Below are positions 1-9,653 of a stretch of 44,306 nucleotides of DNA, piece by piece. Made by a program: the position numbers and the translations under genes. Each line of letters opens with the position of its first letter. The stretch's first letter is position 1. The notes under the pieces were generated by a model that had not been told where the DNA came from, did no database searches, and saw only the letters and a list, made by a program, of their open reading frames with translations. Source of the DNA: Candidatus Aegiribacteria sp. (GTDB lineage: Bacteria; Fermentibacterota; Fermentibacteria; Fermentibacterales; JCC-6); the NCBI GenBank assembly GCA_046498225.1, contig JAWOBF010000106.1, positions 1 to 44,306 on the forward strand, in the 5' to 3' direction.

Positions 1-54
1 TGTAAGATCGGGTATTACGGACAGAATCAACGCGCTGATGATACACGTTAACAT
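1..54 (-). CDS. 5' end of an exported protein, truncated by the window edge
   Basis: ATG at 54 preceded by a GGAGGGAG Shine-Dalgarno; reads MLTCIISALILSVIPDLT (signal-peptide-like) off the window. Confidence 0.6.
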   Translation of the reverse strand, partial: MLTCIISALILSVIPDLT

Positions 55-173
55 CAGACTCCCTCCAGAATTCAGAATTGTTACCTCGGAACTATGATGA
101 TTTGTTATTCAAATCATTACATATAAACTTGGTGTATCATCATCAAGTTGACAATCCGGCTCGGGGGATGGTT

Positions 174-734
174 TCAGGTTATGAGAATTCCCTTCTGGAG
201 CATCACCATGGGATTGAAGGTGGCGAAGTCGGCCTGATGGATGAGCACCGTCTCCACCCTCTGGGGCCTGCCCTCCCCCTCCTTCGCATGACAGCCTATC
301 ATGTTGATGATGGGCATGGGCATGCCGAACCTGGCCGCCAGTATGGCTCCCGAGATGGGATGCCTGGCGTGCTTGCCGTGCAGGCTCTTCACGTAACCTT
401 CATCGGTCCGTTCTATCTCCAGAAGCTTGCCCACGTCGTGTAGAAGGCCTCCCGTCACCAGCATGTCATAGTCTATCTCGTATGGCGGGCTGCAGTTGGA
501 ACTTATGGCCTCCGCCAGGCCCAGGGCCCCCTCCGTCACCGCGATGGTGTGCTGTACGAGATCGATGCCGTGAGTGTCGGTGAGAAGGGTAAAGGGAATC
601 TTCTTCAGGTCGTCCGGTTCCCATCCGCCCTCTTCGGCGGCGGCGGCCCATATCTCAACGGTCTTTTCCCTCAGTTCATCGTCGCCTATCTTCTTCAGCT
701 GTTCCTTGAAAAGCTCCTCTATCCTGTCTTTCAT
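174..734 (-). CDS. HD-domain (HDIG) metal-dependent phosphohydrolase
   Basis: H...GGLLHDVGKLLE...RH...H...HQAD motifs; start moved to ATG 734 (MKDRIEE) after GGGAAGG. Confidence 0.8.
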   Translation of the reverse strand: MKDRIEELFKEQLKKIGDDELREKTVEIWAAAAEEGGWEPDDLKKIPFTLLTDTHGIDLVQHTIAVTEGALGLAEAISSNCSPPYEIDYDMLVTGGLLHDVGKLLEIERTDEGYVKSLHGKHARHPISGAILAARFGMPMPIINMIGCHAKEGEGRPQRVETVLIHQADFATFNPMVMLQKGILIT

Positions 735-759
735 CTCTACCTTCCCGTTTCCCTTATTA

Positions 760-1236
760 CTAAAGTTCGGAGTCAATCAAAGCCTCGCCCAGCTTCCAGC
801 ACCCGTCCTCGCGGACCATGGCTATCTCCATCGCCTCGGGGTAATCCAACACCGTAAGGTAGACGGTTCCGGTGTCGCCTTCCGTATCGCAGCCGGAGAC
901 CCGGACCGCCGCTCTGGGAGGCAAGCCGTCCTTCATACCGGGGGAGTTTATGAAGGCTTCTATGAATTCCGTTGCGGTCCAGTTCATCAGCTCCTGGCCG
1001 GTGAGGGCTATCTGAAGCTCCCGGGATATCTCCGACGCAGACTGGTCGGGCTGTATCTTTACCATCATCAGCATCATGTCTATCATCTCCAGCGCTCCTG
1101 ATGACAGATGCGATTCCACTACAGCGGCATCGCCTCTGTAGAAAGCGTCGATGAGCTCCTCGAAGGCTTCATCCGGGGCATCCGCCGCCAACATGCCGAA
1201 CAGCGAGAACAGGGCCAGGGAGAGTAATAATTTCAC
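760..1236 (-). CDS. Exported hypothetical protein, possibly NTF2-like/DUF4878-type
   Basis: N-terminal signal peptide; acidic; C-terminal REDGCWKL motif typical of this fold. Confidence 0.55.
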   Translation of the reverse strand: MKLLLSLALFSLFGMLAADAPDEAFEELIDAFYRGDAAVVESHLSSGALEMIDMMLMMVKIQPDQSASEISRELQIALTGQELMNWTATEFIEAFINSPGMKDGLPPRAAVRVSGCDTEGDTGTVYLTVLDYPEAMEIAMVREDGCWKLGEALIDSEL

Positions 1237-1307
1237 GGGGTCGTCCTTTCCTGCGGGTCAATCCTGAAGCGTTCAGCCGCTATAGCACCCGGCGGTCTTC
1301 CGGGTTC

Positions 1308-1340
1308 CCGTCCCGGCCGCGCAGAGGCGGGCCGGGACGG
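1308..1340. other. GC-rich intergenic hairpin (11-bp stem)
   Basis: CCGTCCCGGCC (1308-1318) pairs with GGCCGGGACGG (1330-1340) just downstream of the dehydrogenase stop; no U-tract follows on the minus strand. Confidence 0.55.
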
Positions 1341-1355
1341 AAAGGGTAACGGGCC

Positions 1356-2543
1356 TTAGCCCATGGCCCTGATTATGGCGTCGGTTATCTCGGTGGTGCT
1401 GGATGCGCCCCGGTCGAGGACGTCGGGCGAGCCCTTCAGCTTGAGCATGTCGTAGCTTCGTACTTCGCCCTCGGCTATCACATCGGCGATGGCCTTCCGT
1501 ATCCTCTCGGCCTTGTCCGTCTCGCCCAGGTGGTCCAGCATCATGCAGGACGAGAGTATCATGGCCATGGGGTTCACGATGGGGACCTTGTATTCGGCGT
1601 ACTTGGGGGCGGAGCCGTGGGTGGGTTCGAAAACCGCGACTTCCTCGCCTATGTTGGCGCTGCACGCGAACCCTAGCCCTCCCACCAGGCCGGCGAAACC
1701 GTCGGAGACTATGTCCCCGAACATGTTGCCGGATACCAGGACGCCGTAATCCTCCGGGTTCTTGGTGAGCCACATCATCTGGGCGTCGATATTGGTCTCC
1801 CACAGGTCCACCTCGGGATACTCCCGGGAGATCTTCCTGCCCTCCTCCCTCATCATTCCGCTGGTCTCACGGATGACGTTGGGCTTCTCGCATATGGTGA
1901 CGCTCTTGTAGCCGAAGTTCTTTGCATGTTCGAAGGCGGCGGTGAGTATTCTCCTGCAGGCGTTCCTGGTGAATATCCTGGTGGATACCGCCAGGTCCTC
2001 CCTCGGGGCATCTGCGAAGTTCTTCCTGAACTTTGGATGGCTCATCAGGGCATCGTAGACGTTGTCCGGGGGGTCCGTCCATTCCACGCCGCCGTACAGG
2101 CCCTCCGTGTTCTGCCTGAATATCACCACGTCCACCGGGGGTTCCTCGATAGTGTCCCCGGGTCCCCTTCTTATGAAGTTGAGGGGATTGCCCCTGAAAG
2201 CCTTGCAGGGCCGCATGCAGATGTCCAGGCTGAAGTGCTGCCTCATGGCGACTATGGGGCTGTAATAGATGAGTCCCCTGTCCCTGAGGGAGGGGTCCAG
2301 CTCCTCCAGAGCCTTGTCCTTGGGCTTGGAGGTGATGGCGCCGAAGAGGGCTATCCTGTGTTCTTCCAGGAGTTCCAGTGTCCTGTCGGGAAGTGGATTG
2401 CCCTCCTTCTTCCAGTACTCCCAGCCTATGTCGGCATGGATGTAGTCAGCCTGAAAACCGGCGGCCTCCAGGACTCTCAGGGCCTCTTCAAGCACTGTGC
2501 CTCCAATACCGTCTCCCGGCATTGTAACAACAGTCCTTTTCAT
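1356..2543 (-). CDS. Isocitrate/isopropylmalate (beta-decarboxylating) dehydrogenase family
   Basis: PGDGIG, FRQNTEGLY, KPNV, GNMFGDIVSD, FEPTHGSAPK and NPMA motifs. Confidence 0.92.
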   Translation of the reverse strand: MKRTVVTMPGDGIGGTVLEEALRVLEAAGFQADYIHADIGWEYWKKEGNPLPDRTLELLEEHRIALFGAITSKPKDKALEELDPSLRDRGLIYYSPIVAMRQHFSLDICMRPCKAFRGNPLNFIRRGPGDTIEEPPVDVVIFRQNTEGLYGGVEWTDPPDNVYDALMSHPKFRKNFADAPREDLAVSTRIFTRNACRRILTAAFEHAKNFGYKSVTICEKPNVIRETSGMMREEGRKISREYPEVDLWETNIDAQMMWLTKNPEDYGVLVSGNMFGDIVSDGFAGLVGGLGFACSANIGEEVAVFEPTHGSAPKYAEYKVPIVNPMAMILSSCMMLDHLGETDKAERIRKAIADVIAEGEVRSYDMLKLKGSPDVLDRGASSTTEITDAIIRAMG

Positions 2544-2632
2544 CGAAATGCTCCCTTCTTTGTTCTAGTCAGTAACAGCTTCTGACGGTCGGGGGAAGAT
2601 ACACGACCGGATTGCCTGGGAAAACCCCGCGG

Positions 2633-5600
2633 TCACAGAAGGCCTCTTATCACAGCGACGGCGGTCTCCAGCTGCCTGTCCAGCCCCTGCCCGGCGTCCG
2701 CCGGCAGTTCGGGAACGAATATGTCCGGCGCGACGCCGGTGTTCTCCAGGTTCCGGCCGGCGAGGGTGAACCATCCCGTGGAGGGAACCCTGAACCTGGT
2801 TTCGTCCACCAGTGAAACGTCCGAGGTGCCTATGACGGCTCCGAAGGTGGTCTGACCCACTACCGGTCCCAGCTCGAGCTGCTTCCATCCGGCGGGGAAT
2901 ATCTCGGCGTCGGAATAGCACCTCTCGTTTATGAGCAGCACCATGGGTTTCTGCCACACGCCCAGCGGTTCGTAGGTGGTGTTACCGTGGCGGTCGGTGG
3001 AAAAAAGGTAGATGGGCCGGGCCAGGTGTCGTATGATGTCATCATGGGTGCTGCCTCCCCCGTTGTCCCTCACATCGATTATCATGCCCTCCCGGTCCAT
3101 GCCCTCGGCGAAGAGGTCCACCAGGAACTGCTCCACGTTCCGGTTGCTCATCGACTCGATGTGCAGGTAGCCGACCCTGTCGTCCGTCAGCCTTTCCACA
3201 GTTCTCCTGCGGGTCTGTACCCATTCATCGTAGAGAAGCCGGTCCGTCTCCCACGAGGAAACCGGCTCCAGGTCTATCTCCAGCGTCTCCCCGCCCCGTT
3301 CCACGGTAAGCCTTGTTTCCCTTCCGCTCCGCTGGAGCAGAGCCCTGTAGAGGTTGTCCTCAGGGCCCACGGCCATTCCGTGAACCGAGACCAGCAGGTC
3401 CCCCGGAATAAGGCGTGAACCCTCCAGGTCCGCCGGGGAATAGGGAATGACGCTGTCCACTCGAAATCCGGGACCACCCCAGCCGTGGTCGGGTATTATT
3501 CCCGTCTCGCCGGAGGAGGGAGAGGTGTTGTAGCTCCAGGGACCGTATATTCCCAGATGCGAAGCTGAAAGCTCTCCCAGCATCCTTCTTACCACGTCGT
3601 TGAAATCCTCGTTGATGACGCTGGCCACCGCCCTGTCCCGGTAAAGAGTCCTGACCGAGTCCCAGTTGACCCGGTGCATCCCCGGGTCGTAGAAGTTATC
3701 CCGCAGAAGCCTCCAGGCCTCGTCGAACTTCTGTGCCTGTATCTCGGGAATGGATCTCCATACCGGCATCTGCCAGCCCAGTGAGCCGCTGACGCCGGAA
3801 GATGCCGATGCCTTCCTCACCGACCCGCTCACAGATATGAAGTAGATGTCCCCCTCGTTGGTCAGGAAGATATCGCGGGGGGATTCGCCGGAACTGGTCA
3901 GCCTTGTGAGTGATTCCCCCCTCCAGTCCACGGTCCAGAGGTCCATCCTTCCCTTCTCGTCGTGTCCGGGAAAGGCGATGAGCTTCCCGTCGGGAGACGC
4001 GCCGTAGAAGTCGTAGTACCCCTCCACCGTGCTGAGGGTCTCCGTCCTTCGCTGAAGTCCGTCCCACTCTATCTCCACCCGGGAGACCGGGGAATCCAGC
4101 AGCTCCTCCCGCTCATCGTTCTCCAGGTCCCAGGTTTTCCGGGAGAACCAGACCTGCCTGATGGAATAGTCCCCGTCGTCGGTTCGGCTGGCGTAGAGAA
4201 GCCTTCGGCCGTCGGAGGGCCAGAAGGGCTGGAAGTCGTCGTTGGGATGCCTGGAGACGTTCCGGGGCTCACCGCCGCCTGCGGGAACCACGAAGATATC
4301 CTCCCTGTGGGCCAGTACCGGAACGCTGAAGGCAAGCCAGCGGCCGTCGGGAGACCAGGAATGGTGAATTATTCTGGGAGTGTCGCACACGGTGAGATCC
4401 CGCCCGGAAGCCGGATCGAGGACATGCAGCCTGCTGTCGCGGTCGAGGTAGGATATCCTGCTCCCGTCCGGCGACCACAGGGGGCTTGCGGCGACGTCGG
4501 AGGCCGCGTCCAGTATCTCGAAACCTGGAAAGATGCTCTGGGAGAGCAGAGAATCGTCCGGGGCGGTCCTGCTCACCGCCAGCTGAACGAGGCCGTCGTG
4601 CTCCAGGGTGAACAGGAGGCTCCTTCCGTCGGGGCTCCATACCGGGTCCCTGGCCCTCCAGGGGCCGGAATAGACCTCAACCAGGTCCTCTATGGAGCCA
4701 TCGTCCATACTTCCGGCGAAAATGTCTCCGGTCCCCACCAGGGCTATCTGCGTGAGGGAGGAGTCCAGGTGAAAGCAGTCGGTGGAGAATCCCACGGATT
4801 CGCCGTACTCCAGCCGGAAGGGGAGGTCGGCCCCGGGCTCCAGCGGAATGGGGAAAGTACGGTATTCCGGCAGTTCGATTCCTCGAAGACCGCCGTCGAA
4901 CTCGAAAACCGCCACCGTCCCGTCGGAGCTGATCCGAGGAAATGTGATGTCCCCGTCCGTCATGAAGGTTCTCTGGACCGGTTCCGAGCCGGGTTCAGCG
5001 CTCCAAAGGGCACAATGGCCTGAAGGGTCCTCCCTGACGAAGAGCATCTCGCCGGTGGCGGGGGAGTACATCGGCCACCGGGTGTCCAGGTCGGAGTCGT
5101 CCAGAAGCTCCCAGTCGGTACCGCTGCCCGTCCATATCCTCCTGGCGGCGGAGCCGGCGTAGTGCTTGCGCCACCAGCTGGTGAAGCCCCTCTCTATTGC
5201 CATGCCTTCCGGTATCAGACAGAGGTTCTCCGCCGTGACCCTTGCCAGCGGCCTCGGTGTGCCGCCTGACAGGGGGACCGAGTAGACCCAGGAATCTCCC
5301 CCCTCCCTGGATGACTGGAAATAGACGCTGTCCGAGGATGGGTTCCAGCAGAGGACGCGGTCGTGGCCCGAGTGGAAGGTCAGGCGGGTGGAGAGCCCAC
5401 CGGAAGCATCCATCACGTACACGTCCCCGCCGCCGGTCCTGTCGCTGGTGTACGCCAGGTAGGCTCCGTCGGGGGAGTAGCAGGGGGAGGTCTCGGTACT
5501 CTCCCCGGGAACCAGGCACCTCATGGTGCCTCCGGTGAGGGGCGCCTCCCACAGGTCTCCCCGAAAGCAGAACGCAATCGTGGAGCCTTCGGGCGATACC

Positions 5601-5671
5601 GCCGGCTCCCTGATATCCGAAATGCCCGGAGCGAGCATGACTATGAACATGGCGCAGATGGAAAATATCAT
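2633..5671 (-). CDS. Tricorn-like S41 peptidase (TolB-like beta-propellers, PDZ, protease domain)
   Basis: Many WSPDG/PD40 repeats; LGELSASHL, IIDVRDNGGG, CYSDAEIF, ENTGVAPD; start at ATG 5671 overlaps the upstream TGA (ATGA) and gives a signal peptide. Confidence 0.9.
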   Translation of the reverse strand: MIFSICAMFIVMLAPGISDIREPAVSPEGSTIAFCFRGDLWEAPLTGGTMRCLVPGESTETSPCYSPDGAYLAYTSDRTGGGDVYVMDASGGLSTRLTFHSGHDRVLCWNPSSDSVYFQSSREGGDSWVYSVPLSGGTPRPLARVTAENLCLIPEGMAIERGFTSWWRKHYAGSAARRIWTGSGTDWELLDDSDLDTRWPMYSPATGEMLFVREDPSGHCALWSAEPGSEPVQRTFMTDGDITFPRISSDGTVAVFEFDGGLRGIELPEYRTFPIPLEPGADLPFRLEYGESVGFSTDCFHLDSSLTQIALVGTGDIFAGSMDDGSIEDLVEVYSGPWRARDPVWSPDGRSLLFTLEHDGLVQLAVSRTAPDDSLLSQSIFPGFEILDAASDVAASPLWSPDGSRISYLDRDSRLHVLDPASGRDLTVCDTPRIIHHSWSPDGRWLAFSVPVLAHREDIFVVPAGGGEPRNVSRHPNDDFQPFWPSDGRRLLYASRTDDGDYSIRQVWFSRKTWDLENDEREELLDSPVSRVEIEWDGLQRRTETLSTVEGYYDFYGASPDGKLIAFPGHDEKGRMDLWTVDWRGESLTRLTSSGESPRDIFLTNEGDIYFISVSGSVRKASASSGVSGSLGWQMPVWRSIPEIQAQKFDEAWRLLRDNFYDPGMHRVNWDSVRTLYRDRAVASVINEDFNDVVRRMLGELSASHLGIYGPWSYNTSPSSGETGIIPDHGWGGPGFRVDSVIPYSPADLEGSRLIPGDLLVSVHGMAVGPEDNLYRALLQRSGRETRLTVERGGETLEIDLEPVSSWETDRLLYDEWVQTRRRTVERLTDDRVGYLHIESMSNRNVEQFLVDLFAEGMDREGMIIDVRDNGGGSTHDDIIRHLARPIYLFSTDRHGNTTYEPLGVWQKPMVLLINERCYSDAEIFPAGWKQLELGPVVGQTTFGAVIGTSDVSLVDETRFRVPSTGWFTLAGRNLENTGVAPDIFVPELPADAGQGLDRQLETAVAVIRGLL

Positions 5672-6438
5672 GAAGAAAGCCTCCCAGCCATTACCAGCAG
5701 CCTGGGCGAGGAATCGCCGTCCCACGGGGAGAGATCGTAATCCCCCCAGACGCTGAGTACTCTCATTCCTGAACTTCTGATATCCGAAAGCAGCTCGCCG
5801 GCGGAGATAAGGGCCAGCTCCAGCCTTACCTCCGTTCTTCCTTCCGGGACCACGCTTCCGGTGTATACCATATCGAAAACTATTCGGCAATTCCTGCCGT
5901 CGTGGCTGACGGATTCCACCAGCCTCAGGCTCTTCCCCCCGCCGGTCCAGCCGTACCTCTCCGCCAGTTCCTCGTCCTCCCTGTCCAGGAACTGCGGACA
6001 GGCTTCGGCGAGAAAAACACCGCGGGGGGCCAGCAGTTCCGCCGCCTCTTTCAGCGCCCTTCTTCTTTCGGACCTTCTCAGTATGCAGTGTATGCCGTTG
6101 TAGGGGAACAGCACCAGCTCCATGGACCCTCTTCTCAGAGGTATCCGCTGCGCGACGCCCCTTACCCGGAAAGCGTCCCCTCCCCGCCATGCGGCAAGCA
6201 TAGCGGCCGAAGGTTCCAGGGCCACCGTGAGGTCTCCCTCCGCCAGATGGCGCGTAAGCCTTCCGTCACCCGCTCCCAGTTCCACGCAGCTGCCGGAAAA
6301 CCGCCGCCTGATGTTCCTGTAGAATTCCAGCTCCGGGATGTCGGGAGTGAATACCTCCCTCTCCTCGAAGCAGAACAGCGGCGCGTACCTCTCCCAGACG
6401 CCTTCTTCTGCCTTCAGACCGCCGGACTGCGCTTGCAT
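5668..6438 (-). CDS. Class I SAM-dependent methyltransferase
   Basis: VELGAGDGR motif I, LEPSAAML, C-terminal WGDYDLSP...SPRLL; start uncertain. Confidence 0.82.
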   Translation of the reverse strand: MQAQSGGLKAEEGVWERYAPLFCFEEREVFTPDIPELEFYRNIRRRFSGSCVELGAGDGRLTRHLAEGDLTVALEPSAAMLAAWRGGDAFRVRGVAQRIPLRRGSMELVLFPYNGIHCILRRSERRRALKEAAELLAPRGVFLAEACPQFLDREDEELAERYGWTGGGKSLRLVESVSHDGRNCRIVFDMVYTGSVVPEGRTEVRLELALISAGELLSDIRSSGMRVLSVWGDYDLSPWDGDSSPRLLVMAGRLSS

Positions 6439-6479
6439 GTTTCAGCCCCGCAGACCCGGTAAAGCGGAATGCAACGATA

Positions 6480-7619
6480 TCATGAACACCGGGATGAAAG
6501 GCTGTCCGATTTCACGCACATGAGCAGCCGCAGAGAAATGAAGGGCGCCGTCATCAGCAGGTACTTCTCCCAGACCTGGTAGGAGAAAGGCATGACAAGA
6601 AGAAATGAAACCGTAGCCATCGTCAGCAGGAGGCCGAATCCATCATTCTTCGAAGATACTCCTGTATCGGCCCTGAGAAGCCCGGCGAGAACCGCGAAGC
6701 CGAGGAAGCAGAAAAGCCACAGAAGCAGCTGACCGGGGATACCGGTCCCGAGAACTCGCTGGACGGCCCCGTGGGCGAGTCCAACCGTCTCTATCCCGGT
6801 CTGCCGGATGGTTACCTCGGACGCGCGCAGGGGAAAGAAAAAGATTGACAGGGAGAGCGGGAGGGCCGCCATGACGGCGGTCTTCCTGAAGACGGTCCTC
6901 CAGGCGGCAATGACAAGGGGCAATGAATAGAGGGCCATGAACGTGACGTAGATCGGGATGTACCGGAAACTGTACACGACGCCCTCATCCAGCACCCAAA
7001 TGGCCAGACCCGAGGGAGGCGAAGGCCCTCTCCACAGAAGCATCATCAGCAGAAGCGGTATGCAGCCGGCCAGCAGCGCCGCCAATTCTCTCCGGGAGCC
7101 GTCTTCTCTCCATTGCATGGGAAGGACCAGCCATGCCGCGGCGGCTATTACCAGGAACACGGAATACTGGCGGATCAGAAGCGCGCAGGCCGTGGAAATG
7201 AAAAGGAGGAGCGGTTCATGCCTGCGAATGGCTATAACGGCCATTACCAGGAACATAAGAGCCGGGATATCTGTGAATACGTGAATGCTGAGTCCGACCA
7301 GGTATGGATTCAGCAGCAGAACCGCAATTCCCGCCAGGACGTACCTGATATCACCGAGGACGGACCTGTACAGCCGGTAGACGAGCAGAACGGTGATGAA
7401 GGAAATGATGATGCTCAGGGTTCGAAGAGCGTCGGGATGGAATCCGGCAAGCTTTCCCCAGGCGGCATAGAGGAAATAGAAAAGCGGACCCGTTACCTCG
7501 GGGTAATCCTGCCAGACGGATAATCCGAAATCCTGCCCGAAATATCCGATGGTTTCGATGAAATGGCTCTCGTCCCCCCTGAAGGGATAGTCCAGGCCGG
7601 TGGTCAGGCCGAACAGCAT
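6480..7619 (-). CDS. GT-C / ArnT-like (GT39/PMT) membrane glycosyltransferase
   Basis: GDE motif in first loop, multiple TM helices, FTD, LIRQ; the true start may lie further upstream (see findings). Confidence 0.7.
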   Translation of the reverse strand: MLFGLTTGLDYPFRGDESHFIETIGYFGQDFGLSVWQDYPEVTGPLFYFLYAAWGKLAGFHPDALRTLSIIISFITVLLVYRLYRSVLGDIRYVLAGIAVLLLNPYLVGLSIHVFTDIPALMFLVMAVIAIRRHEPLLLFISTACALLIRQYSVFLVIAAAAWLVLPMQWREDGSRRELAALLAGCIPLLLMMLLWRGPSPPSGLAIWVLDEGVVYSFRYIPIYVTFMALYSLPLVIAAWRTVFRKTAVMAALPLSLSIFFFPLRASEVTIRQTGIETVGLAHGAVQRVLGTGIPGQLLLWLFCFLGFAVLAGLLRADTGVSSKNDGFGLLLTMATVSFLLVMPFSYQVWEKYLLMTAPFISLRLLMCVKSDSLSSRCS

Positions 7620-7668
7620 TAACGCGGCTGCAAGTATCAGGGGAAAGATGAACCATTTCCAGCCGCCG

Positions 7669-8577
7669 TCAGAAAACCGCCGAATCCGATCCCTCCCTTA
7701 TGATATAGTCCTCCGGGTCCACCTGAACCCCGTCTATGAGTACCTCGTAATGAAGGTGCGGCGCCACCGACCTTCCGGTGGACCCCACCCTGGCTATCAG
7801 GTCCCCCCTCTTGACCTCCTGACCCACCACGGTGCAGGCCGCGGAACAGTGGGCGTAACGGGTGGATATCCTGTCGGTGTGCCTGACCACGATGTTCAGC
7901 CCCCATCCTCCTGTCCAGCCCACGAAGCCTATCTCGCCGTCGGCGGGGGCGTATATGGGAGTGCCCTTCACGCAGGCCAGGTCGATGCCCTTGTGTATCC
8001 TGACCGCTCCGGTGAACGGGTCTATCCTCGGTCCGAAGCTGCTGACGAAGATACCGTCCACAGGCCAGATCGAGGGTATACGGGCCAGCTGGTTCTCCTT
8101 CTCCAGGAAGAAGGACGCAAGGGAGTCGTACGCCATCAGCTCCGCCTGGGCCAGTCTTTCCATCAGCATCAGCTCCATCTCCAGGTCCTCTATGTACCTG
8201 AACATGTCATCGCCGGGAGGCTCTTCTGATCTGGATTCCGAGGGTATCAGGCTGGTGAAATCCATGTTGAGGCCGGCCCCGGCCACCAGGAGCTGCTGCT
8301 CACGCGTGGATATCTCCTCCAGTCTGCGCCTCAGTTCGGATACCCGCCCAGAGAGCTGGTAGAGTTCCCCCTTGACGATATTGATCTCGTCGGTCCTTCT
8401 GCCGGTCATCATGTTCCCGGCGTTCAGGTTCCCCAGGTGGAAGAACAGTGCGGCTATACCGGTGACCAGGACGGCTGCCGCCAGGATGATCAGCCTCAGC
8501 CTGGCGGAGGTCAGCAGGAACCGCTTTCCTTTCCTGCTGGATCCCAGGGGTATCCAGTGAATGGTCCCTATGGGCAT
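7669..8577 (-). CDS. M23 family metallopeptidase with N-terminal TM and coiled coil
   Basis: HKGID, YAH and GSTGRSVAPHLHYEV motifs. Confidence 0.92.
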   Translation of the reverse strand: MPIGTIHWIPLGSSRKGKRFLLTSARLRLIILAAAVLVTGIAALFFHLGNLNAGNMMTGRRTDEINIVKGELYQLSGRVSELRRRLEEISTREQQLLVAGAGLNMDFTSLIPSESRSEEPPGDDMFRYIEDLEMELMLMERLAQAELMAYDSLASFFLEKENQLARIPSIWPVDGIFVSSFGPRIDPFTGAVRIHKGIDLACVKGTPIYAPADGEIGFVGWTGGWGLNIVVRHTDRISTRYAHCSAACTVVGQEVKRGDLIARVGSTGRSVAPHLHYEVLIDGVQVDPEDYIIREGSDSAVF

Positions 8578-8587
8578 GGGTAAGATC

Positions 8588-9439
8588 CTATTTCAGGTAG
8601 AGCAGCAGGTTTTTGCTGTCGGATTTGTCGTTCAGCTTGGATATCGCCCGGTTCTTGAGCTGCCGGACCCTCTCCCTGCTTATGCCCATGGTCCTTCCTA
8701 TCTCGGCCAGAGTATGTCTCCTGTCCGTATTGATGCCGAAGAACAGCTGGATAATGGTCCTCTCCCGCTGGTCGAGTATGTCCAGCATCCCCGCCACGCT
8801 TCTCTTCATGGCGGTCTGGACCACCGCCTCATCCGGCGGAACGTCCTCGTCATCGGATATCATCTCCTGGAAAGTCTTGTCGCTGCCCTCGTACACAGGG
8901 CTGTCCAGCGAAAGATGCGTGCTGTGTATGGACATCATCCCCTCCACGTCTCCGCGGGAGACATCCAGCTCATCGGCTATCTCGTTGGTTGACGGGTTCC
9001 TGCCGAGGGAATGACCCAGCTCTCTGGCAGCCCGGCCCATCTTGTACAGTTCACCCACCCTGTTCAGCGGAAGCCGGACTATCCTGGACTGCTCGGCCAG
9101 GGCCTGAAGAATGGCCTGCCTTATCCACCATACGGCGTAGGTTATGAAGCGGCAGCCCTTGCTCTCGTCAAAACCCTTGGCTGCACGGATGAGACCCACG
9201 TTTCCCTCGTTTATGAGGTCCTCCAGGGCCACACCCTGGTTGGCGTACTGCTTGGCGATGCTCACCACGAACCTTAGGTTCGCCTCTGTGAGCTCGTTGA
9301 GCGCTTCCTGTTCACCAGCCCTGATACGCCTTGCCAGGGCCGCCTCCTCTTCCGAGGAGAGTGTCTCCTTGCTTCCTATCTCTCTGAGGTAAAGTTCAAG
9401 GGAACGACCTTCAGTACGTTTTGTTGCCAATATTACCAC
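8588..9439 (-). CDS. RNA polymerase sigma-70 factor (RpoD/RpoS-like, no region 1.1)
   Basis: LYLREIG, ANLRFVVSIAKQY, DLINEGNVGL, RFITYAVWWIRQAI, SRERVRQL; start may be TTG 9430. Confidence 0.92.
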   Translation of the reverse strand: MVILATKRTEGRSLELYLREIGSKETLSSEEEAALARRIRAGEQEALNELTEANLRFVVSIAKQYANQGVALEDLINEGNVGLIRAAKGFDESKGCRFITYAVWWIRQAILQALAEQSRIVRLPLNRVGELYKMGRAARELGHSLGRNPSTNEIADELDVSRGDVEGMMSIHSTHLSLDSPVYEGSDKTFQEMISDDEDVPPDEAVVQTAMKRSVAGMLDILDQRERTIIQLFFGINTDRRHTLAEIGRTMGISRERVRQLKNRAISKLNDKSDSKNLLLYLK

Positions 9440-9467
9440 CTTTCAATGTGCGTGGAGCATCCGTTCA

Positions 9468-9476
9468 TGTTATAAT
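9468..9476 (+). promoter_or_regulatory. Candidate extended -10 promoter for the methyltransferase/gmhA operon
   Basis: TGtTATAAT, an exact extended -10 match in the divergent intergenic region. Confidence 0.45.
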
Positions 9477-9537
9477 CCAGGTTCGTCGCGGGAGTTCCTG
9501 ATCATTATTGATCATGCGTAGGTACCTAATCTGTCAA

Positions 9538-9559
9538 GGGGTTGACAATTGTCAACCCC
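9538..9559. promoter_or_regulatory. Perfect 22-bp palindrome, candidate operator
   Basis: GGGGTTGACAATTGTCAACCCC equals its own reverse complement; function not shown. Confidence 0.6.
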
Positions 9560-9653
9560 GGAAGCCGCGAATGGTTGGTGTTCAACCTTCTATTACCCCA
9601 AACAACAGAACCTGCAATCGGTTCCCGGGGGGTTGACACGTCAAGGGAGGATA

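Noticed and set aside
1308..1340. Intrinsic terminator call for the hairpin
   Set aside because: No U-tract after the stem on the coding (minus) strand; kept only as a hairpin
5672..6190. 173-aa N-terminal extension of the S41 protease in the ORF track
   Set aside because: Overlaps the methyltransferase in another frame; ATG 5671 gives a signal peptide and an ATGA coupling
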